A stretch of DNA of 32,000 bases from assembly GCA_965227835.1 (NCBI GenBank), contig OZ245768.1:960001-992000 (forward strand), given 5' to 3'. A program made the translations under genes and the position numbers. Shown here one piece after another: positions 23,790-32,000 of the stretch (the first letter of the stretch is position 1; the number at the start of each line of letters is the position of its first letter). The notes beneath the pieces are model-generated. The model saw nothing but the letters and a program-made list of their open reading frames with translations. It was not told where the DNA came from and did no database searches. This DNA comes from Candidatus Saccharimonadota bacterium (lineage in GTDB: Bacteria > Patescibacteriota > Gracilibacteria > BD1-5 > UBA6164).

Positions 23790-24350
23790 TTAAACTTCTT
23801 TATATCTAAAACATCATTTTTCATGATCATTTACTATTCATACAGCCTGCATAAAGGCATATATTATGGTAGATCATACGAATTTCATACCTCTTTTTTT
23901 GAGGTCTTTTGAGATTTTGTCAGAATCTGGAGTAGATACTGGTATTTTGGAGAGAAGAGAAAACTTGTTTATTTTTCTTTTTCATCAGATAAGAGACCAA
24001 ATGTATTTATAAAAACTTCAAAATTCTTTTTTTATTTCTAAAAATATTGAGGCATTTTTAATAGCTGATTTTATTTTCAAACGATTTCTAACTATTCATT
24101 TATCTTGTAATAATTCTTTAATTTTTTTATCATCATATTTTGAAACAATTTCTGGGTTAAAGTTGTCAAAGGCTTTTCTATAATTTTCTCTTTTTTTTAA
24201 AATAGTCTCCCAAGATAGTCATGCTTGAGCTCATTCTAAAGTCAAAAATTCAAATAATTTGTTATCATCATGAACACATACTCACCATTCTAAATCATGA
24301 TACTTTACATATAGTTCATTTTTTAGGTTAACCCAGCTACATCTTTTCAT
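23790..24350 (-). CDS. tag: DNA-3-methyladenine glycosylase I (186 aa)
   Basis: 561 nt. RCSWVN...YHDLEWGV, FEFLTLEGAQAGLSWETILKKRENYRKAF, GIVRNRLKI, GSTIIYAFMQAVGIVNDH. Confidence 0.9.
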
Positions 24351-24485
24351 ATTTTTTAAAATATATAATGTATTGTTTTAAAAAGTAACAATATTTATAT
24401 TTTTTTCAATTTTTTGTTATATTAATCAAATAATGGAAAATTCTTCATTTGAGACAAAAAGTAAAAAAGTTTTAGCTTTTCTTCT

Positions 24486-25150
24486 ACCCCGGCCTGAAGG
24501 CACGGGGCTTTTATTTGTACTGAAATTTAAAGCTCTATCTCTTCAATCTTATTCTCTTCTTCTCACTGTTGTTCCACATAATTAGATATTATTTCTCAAT
24601 TTATCTCTCATACACTAGATACAAAATATCATACTCACCATATATTTCATGTCTTCCAATACCATCTCTTAATTTCTTTGTAAAAATACCTCTTTATTGC
24701 CTTAGAACTTTCTCACTTTATATGTCATACTATTGTAGATATTGGTTTAGTTAACGGTATCCTACAATACATATGTACATGATCTTCTTCCATTCATATC
24801 TTTATTATTATTACTCATAGCTTTTTACTTATTCATCTTATGATCTTTTCCAATCTATCTTGTATCTCTTTTTCATGAATGGATTTCTGTATTTTGTTAT
24901 CCATACTATATGGTATCTGACATCATATGTCGCATGACTACTTTTTTGGTATTTCATTCTCTCTAGTGTTAGTTTTTAACACTATTTTATTTATTCTATT
25001 GATTTTTTACACTTTTTTCTTTAGAATCGGCCTGAAGGCAACGGGGTTTAAAACCCTATGTCACAACACATCTCATTTATTCAATTTCTATCACTTACAC
25101 CTTCGGTGTCTTAACTATCTAAAGATAGGGGTTTTTATCCCGATGTGTTG
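24486..25150 (-). mobile_element. IS200/IS605-family insertion sequence (TnpA only, about 0.67 kb; boundaries approximate)
   Basis: A Y1/HUH transposase gene is flanked by direct copies of an imperfect hairpin core: cggcctgaaggca(a)cgggg at 24489-24507 and 25028-25047. Further nested hairpins occur in the tnpA-upstream end, including caacacatc (25063) / gatgtgttg (25142). An 8-bp hairpin tagtgtta/taacacta lies just upstream of the tnpA ATG. Confidence 0.75.
24527..24957 (-). pseudogene. tnpA: IS200-type transposase TnpA, interrupted by a 1-nt frameshift
   Basis: Frame A from the ATG at 24957 gives MKYQKSSHATYDVRYHIVWITKYRNPFMKK, then stops at 24838. The -1 frame continues EIQDRLEKIIRGISKKLGVIIIKIGMEEDHVHMYCRIPLTKPISTIVGHIKGESSKAIKRYF...WGVGYFVSSVGEINGEIISNYVEQQ (HUH = HVH, catalytic Y), ending at TAA 24527. 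Total length is 431 nt (3n+2). The switch lies at an A5 run near 24869-24873. Confidence 0.8.
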
Positions 25151-25154
25151 AAAT

Positions 25155-25178
25155 AAAAGTTTCTCTAGAGAAACTTTT
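25155..25178 (-). terminator. perfect 24-nt palindrome overlapping the stop codon of the upstream gene
   Basis: aaaagtttctct/agagaaactttt. The TAA of CDS 25177..26322 lies in its right arm. The U-tail on the minus strand is weak (AUUU). Confidence 0.4.
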
Positions 25179-26322
25179 ATTTTGCTACATATATATTTAC
25201 TTTTCAATCATATTTTGATTTGAGTTGTTCAATTAAGTTTTCTATATGTCACTTTCAATAAACCATAACTCAAACTTGATCATCTCACATACTTTCAGAC
25301 AAAATTTTTATTCAAACTTCATTTCTTTTTTCAACTATACTGTCTGATTTTTGTTTGTATTGTTCTACTAAATCAGAAGATGCTAATTCATCTATACTTG
25401 ATGATATTTCATTTATTGCATCGTTTAAAATTCGTGAACTTAAATATGAAAACATTTTTTCATTGTATTTTAAAACGAATTTATAGTATTTTTCTTTTTG
25501 CTCCATAGTGAGAATATTAATCTTGTTAAAAGATTCTCTTAATTTATTTTCATTATAAGTTAAATCAACAGATACTTTGGATAAAATCTCTTGCATAAAA
25601 GGCTCTTCTTGTATTTCTTGATATTCCTTATCAGATATATCATAGTTTTTTAATTCTAATCAAGCGATTTCAAATAATTTAATGCTTATAGTTAAACGAA
25701 TAATTATAGCTTCCATAGCTTCAAAATAAACTCATATATCTTCCAAACCTACATATTCAATACCCGATATATCCGCATTTTTTCAAATTAAGCTCATACC
25801 ATCCCTTCAATTAAGCTCATTTTCCAATCAAATATTTTCTATTCAAAATTTTTCTTTTAGTATTCTTAAGGCAGAAACTTCAGGGAAATATGACTCGTCT
25901 TCCTCAACAATAATTTGATCTCAAAGCATAAGATATGAAATTGAATTTTTATCAGTATTCTCGTTATATTCATCTGCATGAATATCTCACACTATTATGT
26001 AGGTTTTTATTTTTTCTCATGTTTCATCATTAATTTCTCAATAATAATATGGAGGATATAAAGGTTCAATTTGAGTATCTGTAATAGAATTTAGTTTTGT
26101 GAATAAATCATATATAGAGTCATAACCATCTTCTATACTTTCAGGAGTTTGTATTTTTCTAGGAAGTAGTTTTCAATTTTCATCTCTAAATGGCAAACTA
26201 TAATTGAAAAGACACTTTCTTGTTTCTTCATAAATTTTTAGTTCTTGTTCACTAGGTTCTCTTTCTGAATCTAGATAACATTTAGGTTCTTGGTCTTGAC
26301 TTGACCCAAAAGATTCTAACAT
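25177..26322 (-). CDS. hypothetical cytoplasmic protein (381 aa)
   Basis: 1146 nt, all triplets checked. Contains track ORF 25312..25596 in frame. No signal peptide. IIVGDIHADE and C-terminal VMVYGKGHIENL faintly recall the ChaN/TraB/TIKI-type superfamily (unverified). Confidence 0.7.
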
Positions 26323-26565
26323 AATTTTAAAATATTAATATATATTATTATGTTAGCACAATTAATTTGATTTGTAAAATTTTAGCAATTACATATGAGC
26401 TTTTTCAAAAACAAATACAGTAATAATAGATAAAGAGTTTTTTTATTTTTATCTTGATATAAATATATATTTTTCAGCACACATTCAATTTTTGGTATTA
26501 TTATAATAGTTAATAAATACTTGTACCTATCCACTGGCACAGTCAATTTTTATTTGAAATAAAAT

Positions 26566-26593
26566 TTGACTTATATATATTTATAAATATAAT
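26566..26593 (+). promoter_or_regulatory. sigma70-like promoter candidate
   Basis: TTGACT (26566-26571), a 16-nt spacer, then TATAAT (26588-26593). The -35 overlaps the inverted repeat gtcaatttttattt/aaataaaatttgac. It lies about 100 nt upstream of the 82-aa ORF. AT-rich background makes chance matches likely. Confidence 0.35.
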
Positions 26594-26701
26594 ATGATTA
26601 TCAAAAGTAAAAAAATCTGTCTTTAAGGTCTTGAATTCAAAATCTTAAATGGCAAATTTATATTTTTGTTAGGTAAAATCGTTCAACTTTAGGAGAGTAT
26701 T

Positions 26702-26950
26702 ATGATTGCATTAGTTATGTTTTGGTATATTTCTATTCTTATTTTTGCTATTATTGCTTCATTACGTATTAGAAAAGCTATTGAAGAATATTACAACAAG
26801 GATATTAAGAGAGCCAAAAAATCATTTAGTTTATGTTTGTTTGCTGCTCTTTTTGTTATAATTATGGCAACTAACCTCCCATGGGAAATCTTCAATCATA
26901 TTCCTTTACAAGAAATTGCCAAGAATTCTGTATATCTAAGAATTAGATAG
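26702..26950 (+). CDS. small two-TM membrane protein (82 aa)
   Basis: Complete under either code (no TGA, no Gly at all). SD taggagag lies 6 nt upstream of the ATG. Two hydrophobic helices: ALVMFWYISILIFAIIASL and FSLCLFAALFVIIMATNL. A strong terminator lies downstream. Confidence 0.6.
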   Translation: MIALVMFWYISILIFAIIASLRIRKAIEEYYNKDIKRAKKSFSLCLFAALFVIIMATNLPWEIFNHIPLQEIAKNSVYLRIR

Positions 26951-27034
26951 TTCATTAATATGGATTATATCGGTTTAGAATACCTAGAATTGCTAAGATA
27001 GATCTGTAAAATCAATAAACAAACAACTTACAAA

Positions 27035-27068
27035 ACATCCCGGTTTACACCGGGATGTTCTCTTTTCT
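27035..27068 (+). terminator. intrinsic terminator
   Basis: GC-rich 9-bp stem acatcccgg / ccgggatgt with loop tttaca, followed by tctcttttct. Confidence 0.75.
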
Positions 27069-27107
27069 ATAAAAAACTTATCTAAACCTTAACTACTAAT
27101 AATTCTA

Positions 27108-27560
27108 CTACTTATGGTATTTAGTTCATTTTTTCATCATTTCAAATCTATATATCTGTTCAATCAAAACAAGTAAACACAGACTATGTGGCAAAGTTAT
27201 TTTTCATAAAGACAAACTAAAATCACAATATCTTTCTAAATAATTATAGTCAAGTCAGCTTGCACCTCATATCACAAATATTATATCTGAAAAGATTTGT
27301 TTTTTCTCTTCTATAAAACTATAAATAAGAGAACTTGAAAGGATTTTCCCATTTAAATTTAGAACTATTTTAAACCCTTTGAGTTTTTCTAATTTTTGAG
27401 TAACAAGTAAAGTCTCTTTTTCTATAGTCTGATTATCATTTAAATTTTTTACAGGCTTTATCTTAATTATCTCACATTTTTTTGATAACCTCTCACTATA
27501 TTCATTAATAGGAATTTCAAATTGTTTATATGAGTCAGTTACTGCTATTATTTTATACAT
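27108..27560 (-). CDS. rlmH: 23S rRNA (pseudouridine1915-N3)-methyltransferase RlmH (150 aa)
   Basis: 453 nt. Extends track ORF 27267..27560 through TGA: ...IIFVIGGASGLDYNYLERYCDFSLSLGKITLPHSLCLLVLIEQIYRFEMMKKGTKYHK. Confidence 0.9.
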
Positions 27561-27847
27561 AAATTATTTTGCTTATATTAAATTAGAATACTAGAAATTC
27601 AAATGAATTTTATAAAAAATAGTCTATTTTTCCAAAATAAACTTTAATTTGAAAATTTGTTTAATAAAATAGTTTGAAATTATAAAAATACAATTTGGAT
27701 GTAAGATAAAAGATGACAACTTTTTTAGTTGGTTGTTCATTTGTATTTTTGTTAAGGTTTAATATTCAAAAGGCTAAAGCCTTCTGCCCAAAAAAATTAA
27801 AAATAAGTTGTAACATTTAAAGAATAAAAATTATAAACTTTATTAAA

Positions 27848-28432
27848 ATGAATATTTTTATGGAAATAAACAAATCATTTTGAAATTTTTCAAATGATTT
27901 TGTAATTAACTCATGATTACAAACCTATGTATGATTCTTTGCAGACATACCAATATTTTTCTTGCCTATATTTCTTTTGTACTACTGGTTTTTCTATACT
28001 TATAAAGAAAAAAACAATAATCAAAAATCAAATCTTTTGAAAATATTTTACTCCACGATATTTGCAATATCTATAAGCCTTATAATTCAACAATTTTTTC
28101 ATATAGAAAGACCTGAAAGTTTAGTTACTCCTATAATACAACATATACCCGATGCTAGTTTCCCAAGTGATCATGCTTCAGTTTCATTTGCTTTTCTATT
28201 TTCACTTTTTTTCGCAAAATACAAAAAAACATTTTTTGTTTTCACTCCTTTTGTAATTATTATGAATTTATCAAGAATTTCCTGATGAATACACTGGTTA
28301 TTTGATGTTTTAGTGTGAATGCTTATAGGACTCTTTTCAGCTATTTTAGTATTTAAAGTCCTTTGAAATAATAAATATATGAAAAATTTTAATGAATGGA
28401 TAATAAAAACTATGAATTTTATAAAAATGTAG
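27848..28432 (+). CDS. PAP2-family phosphatase (undecaprenyl-diphosphatase/BcrC-like, 194 aa)
   Basis: 585 nt. HIERPES (KxxxxxxRP region), SFPSDHAS (PSGH), LSRISGGIHWLFDV (SRxxxxxHxxxD, with GG = TGA TGA). Multiple TM segments. Confidence 0.88.
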
Positions 28433-28609
28433 AGAACTCTGCACAGCAAAGTTACCGAAAATTAAAGGAAAAAACAGAGAAAAAATGTTTCTTTTCAAAA
28501 AATATTAAAAAACACTCTATATTTTAAAAAATTAATACCCCTAAAAACCCTTTGTGAAGCAAAATTTTTACAAATTGATAAAATAATAAAAATTATCTTA
28601 AATAAAAAT

Positions 28610-28637
28610 TTGACTTTTAAATTGATATAGTTAATAT
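28610..28637 (+). promoter_or_regulatory. sigma70-like promoter candidate
   Basis: TTGACT (28610-28615), a 16-nt spacer, then TAATAT (28632-28637). The upstream context aaataaaaatttgactt is the same as at 26558. It lies about 55 nt upstream of the ATG at 28694. Confidence 0.3.
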
Positions 28638-28693
28638 TGCCCATAAGTAGAGATTTTTTAACTTATAAAAAATAATTATTAAAAAATAAAATT

Positions 28694-29740
28694 ATGTGAG
28701 CAACAATTTTAGATGATAAGAAAATAATGTCCAGTTTCTCAACTATGCTTGAAAGCTTATCAGACAAAGAAAAATCTGTTTTAGAAAACAGAGTTTGAAT
28801 GTTTTGAGAAAGATTAACTCTTGCTAGTATATGAAGGTCTTTTTCTCCTTCTATAACAAGAGAGAGGGTTAGACAAATAGAAAATTCTTGAATAAACAAA
28901 CTTTGAAGGATAGTAAAAAATACAGATCTAGCTCTTATACAAGACAGATCTAGGGAACTGATGAGACTAAGCTGAGGACTTATGACTAGGTCAAAACTTG
29001 TAAACGAGTTAATAAAAGACTTGAATCTACCTAATAGTATAAATTCTCATGTAATTGAAGTGGTAGTTCAAGCGGATTTTGATGTTTTGAAGTCAAAACC
29101 TAGACTTTGAGCAGAAACTTACTTTCACTTTCCAGAAATAAGTAAGCAAGTAATTGAATCTGTTCACAAAGAAGCTGTATTGATTTTGAAAAAAAGAAAA
29201 GATGTAATGCAACAAATATCTTTATACGAACAAATTAAAAATAATATAGGTTTAAAGTGTTCAGTTACACTTATAAACAGTATCATGGAAGTTTTTGATG
29301 ATATAGTTACTTGAGAAGATAATCTTATATGACTTGAAGCTTGGAAAATCTTAAATCCTAAGACCTTGAAAGATAAAGCTATATATGTAATGAAAAAAGA
29401 TAAAGTACCTATGCATTTTGTAACTGTTTCAAACAAAATAACAGAATATCTATGAAATACAGTAAAAGTTAATACTATACACAACGAACTTATTAGAAAT
29501 GAAGAATTTGTTCTTATATGAAGATGATTATATGCTTTAAAAGAATGGGGATTCAAAGCGGGAACTGTGCTAGATGTTATAGTAGAATGATTGAAAAAGA
29601 AAGGTGAAGCCATGAGTACTGAAGAAATAATAAAATATGTACTTAAAGTAAGAGATGTTAAGAAGACAACAATATATATGAATCTTCAAAATAGAAAAAT
29701 GATAAAAAGAGTTTGAAGAAATTATTATGATTTAGCATAA
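28694..29740 (+). CDS. sigma-70 region-4-like HTH protein with C-terminal HARE-HTH-like domain (348 aa)
   Basis: 1047 nt, all triplets checked. LSDKEKSVLENRVGMFGERLTLASIGRSFSPSITRERVRQIENSGINKL resembles sigma region 4. The C-terminal section MHFVTVSNKI...FVLIGRGLYALKEWG resembles HARE-HTH. An alternative start is ATG 28727. Confidence 0.75.
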
Positions 29741-29784
29741 TCTTATAATAAAAATTTGATTTAGTAAGATAATTTATAAAATAA

Positions 29785-29820
29785 AACATCATTTTAGATT
29801 AATCTAAGATGATGTTTTTT
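29785..29820 (+). terminator. intrinsic terminator
   Basis: 14-bp stem aacatcattttaga / tctaagatgatgtt (1 mismatch) with loop ttaa, followed by a T-run. Confidence 0.75.
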
Positions 29821-29839
29821 AGTACAAAAAACTTAATTT

Positions 29840-30481
29840 ATGAAAAAAACTATTATAACTTTATTTTTAATGTTGATGACTTTTTCTTGCTCAAACGAAG
29901 AAAAAAATGATATATGAACTAAAGATAATAAAGCCAAAAAAAATATTTTAGCACTAGGAGATAGTTTGACAGCTTGATATAATTTAAAGCTAGAAGAATC
30001 CTATCCTATAATTTTACAGAATATTCTTGAAAACAAATGATTTAATTATAAGGTGGTAAATGCATGAGTGAGTTGAGATACATCTAAAAATTTATTGTGA
30101 AGAATACATCTTTATGAAGATAACTACGATATAGTACTTATAAATATATGAGGAAATGACTGACTTAGATGATTAAACACAAACGAACTCAAAGAAAATA
30201 TTTTAGAAACAATAGACCACTTCCCTAACTCTAAAATTGTTCTTTTTTCTATAGATTTGCCTTACAATTATTGATTGAAATATAGAAATAGTATAAAAAA
30301 AGTGTATGAAGATATATCAAAGCAAAGAGACCTGTATTTTTATGGTTTATTTTTTGAATGATTAGATTATAAAAAACACTTTCAAAGTGATGGTATTCAC
30401 CTAAATTTAGAAGGAAACAAAGAAGTTTCCGAAAATATATTTAAATATTTATTAAAAAATAAATTAATAAAAAATGATTAA
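29840..30481 (+). CDS. SGNH/GDSL hydrolase lipoprotein (TesA-like arylesterase, 213 aa)
   Basis: 642 nt. Lipobox LMTFSC. ALGDSLTAGY (block I), AGVSGDT (II), INIGGNDGL (III), SDGIHLN (V). Confidence 0.88.
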
Positions 30482-31139
30482 AATAGAAAAATTATATAAA
30501 AAATATTGAGATACAAATATATTTAAATGATTAAATTTGAATGTATGAGTTTGAGAAATCTCTTGTATTATATGACCATCTGGATCTGGGAAATCAACCC
30601 TTTTAAATTTAATATCTTGAATAGACAGAGATTTTAGCTGAATTATAAAAATAGACGATGAAGATATTTCTAAAGTAAAAAAAGAAGCAGAGATGACTAG
30701 TTTTAGATGAAAAAATATATCTTTTATATTTCAAAACTTCAACTTAGTAGATAATTTAACTGTGGAAGAAAATATAGATATAGTTATAGATATAAATAAA
30801 CTAAAAAGAAATTATTCCACTAAAGAAATATTAAAACTGGTTGGGCTTGAAAATAAAATTGGAGAATACCCCTATAATTTAAGTGGTTGAGAAAAACAAA
30901 GGGTAGCTATTGCTAGAGCTTTTGTATGAAAATCTAAATTATTACTTGCAGATGAACCTACATGAAGTCTAGATTCTGGAAATACGGATAATATTTGCAA
31001 ATTGATAAAGAAATTAAATAAGCTGACTAAAAATACTATAATCATTATTACTCATGACCCTAAAGTTGCAAAAATAGGTGATGATATATATGTATTGAAA
31101 AATTATTGTTTAAAAAAATGAAATGATAAAGATATTTAA
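30474..31139 (+). CDS. ABC transporter ATP-binding protein (YbbA/LolD-like, 221 aa)
   Basis: 666 nt. IIGPSGSGKSTLLN (Walker A), LSGGEKQRVAIARA (signature), LLLADEPTGSLD (Walker B), ITHD. The start overlaps the upstream stop (ATGATTAA). Confidence 0.93.
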
Positions 31140-32000
31140 AATACTTTTTTTGTCTTCAAAAAAAAGCTTTTTTTTTATAAGTTTTATTATTTTCTCTTCT
31201 TTGTTTTCATTTATATTTACAGGAGGATTAATAAATTCGGCTCAAAAATATTTGGAAGAATCTGCAAAAGATTTTCTCTGAGCAGATATTGTAGTGAGTG
31301 ATAGAAAAGAGTTCTTCTCCGATATAGAATGATATATCTTGAATAAGTATCCTAGTGAAACTTCAAAAAAAATATCATTTGAAACCTCCATTTTTAAAGA
31401 TGATATTCCAGAGCTTTACACTGTTAACTACATAGAAAAAAACTATCCTTTTTATTGAGAGCTAAAAGAAAAAACGGTAAATAGCTCTTGAAGTTTAATT
31501 GTAAGTAAAAAGATTTATGATAATTTTAAAAATGAAGATATAGAAATACTTGGTAGGAATTACAAAATTAAATCTTATTTAGAACAAAGTTTTCTTGCTA
31601 ACTTCAATCCTTTTTGAGGAAATGATATATATATGAGTTATTATGAATTGGATAAAACTCTAGTTGATAAAATAACGAGAGTAAGGTATTCTATGCTTAT
31701 AAAAACAGATTATGTAGATGATTTAAAAAAAGATAAAAAACTAAAAGATTTCAAGCTTAATACTGAAGAAACCTCAAACAGTACCTTAAATGAAACCATA
31801 GAAAGGCTAAATATTTTCATACAAGTTTTTTACCAAATTATAATACTTTTAGCCTTTTTTATAATAAGTGTAAGTCTAAATTCTTATTTCAAAAAAATAA
31901 CTGGAAGTTTAAAAACTCTAAATATTTTATGACTTTCAAATATAAAAATAATTGTGAATCTTTTTTTCATATATTTCTTTGTTTCTCTTATTTCTTCTGC
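31123..32000 (+). CDS. ABC transporter permease, FtsX/YbbP-like (N-terminal part; continues beyond the window)
   Basis: The ATG at 31123 overlaps the ATPase gene by 17 nt. N-terminal TM FFFISFIIFSSLFSFIF, then a large extracytoplasmic segment, then TM IFIQVFYQIIILLAFFIISVSL. Track ORF 31633..31932 is in frame. Confidence 0.8.

Noticed and set aside
24860-24880. Programmed -1 ribosomal frameshift in tnpA at G-AAA-AAG.
   Set aside because: IS200-type TnpA is normally a single ORF. The run is A5, not the A-AAA-AAG heptamer, and no downstream stimulator was evident. A homopolymer indel, either a mutation or an assembly error, is more economical.
24569-25151. Plus-strand track ORFs 24569..24754 and 24927..25151.
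   Set aside because: The first is antisense to tnpA. The second mostly spans the structured tnpA-upstream end of the IS and overlaps the tnpA 5' end antisense by about 30 nt.
27700-27800. Hairpins (atgacaac/gttgttcat and aaggct-aa-agcctt) in the rlmH/PAP2 divergent spacer as terminators or an sRNA.
   Set aside because: Both flanking genes point away from the spacer, and there is no clear U-tract on the relevant strand. The evidence is insufficient.
29164-29613. The longest standard-code ORF in the window (149 aa, minus strand).
   Set aside because: It is antisense to the well-supported sigma-r4/HARE-HTH gene. It is Ser/Phe/Ile-rich and low-complexity, with no start context. It is an artefact of stop-poor antisense frames.

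Overview
This is a very AT-rich, gene-dense bacterial window that only makes sense under genetic code 25 (TGA = Gly, as in Candidatus Gracilibacteria/BD1-5 and Absconditabacteria/SR1, CPR). The supplied standard-code ORF track is fragmented because nearly every real gene contains many in-frame TGAs. Those TGAs fall on invariant glycines: RF1 GGQ is TGA-TGA-CAG, and the RecA and ABC Walker-A motifs, the GluRS HIGH motif and the PAP2 SRxxGGxH motif also use them. Trp is still written TGG. I re-read both strands by hand with only TAA/TAG as stops. That gives about 31 intact CDS plus one frameshifted tnpA pseudogene, mostly housekeeping (recA, mnmA, typA, prfA, gltX, smpB, tag, rlmH, yraN). Envelope and surface genes are also present: a type IV pilin-like protein, a beta-propeller secreted protein, a YHYH protein, an M23 peptidase, an SLH/PKD surface protein, a PAP2 phosphatase and a tesA-ybbA-ybbP-like operon. 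Non-coding and accessory content: (1) two 218-bp MITE-like elements in inverted orientation bracket typA, an RNA gene and the YHYH gene; (2) a roughly 200-nt structured RNA with its own terminator that I cannot classify; (3) a 39-bp-period degenerate repeat array upstream of gltX; (4) a TnpA-only IS200/IS605 element with a frameshift; (5) a near-identical 264-bp tandem duplication inside the PKD protein gene; (6) two TGA-free small membrane-protein ORFs preceded by Shine-Dalgarno sequences, in a genome whose other genes show no SD. I see no recognisable defence system, CRISPR array, tRNA or rRNA. All product calls rest on motif recognition by eye, not on database searches.
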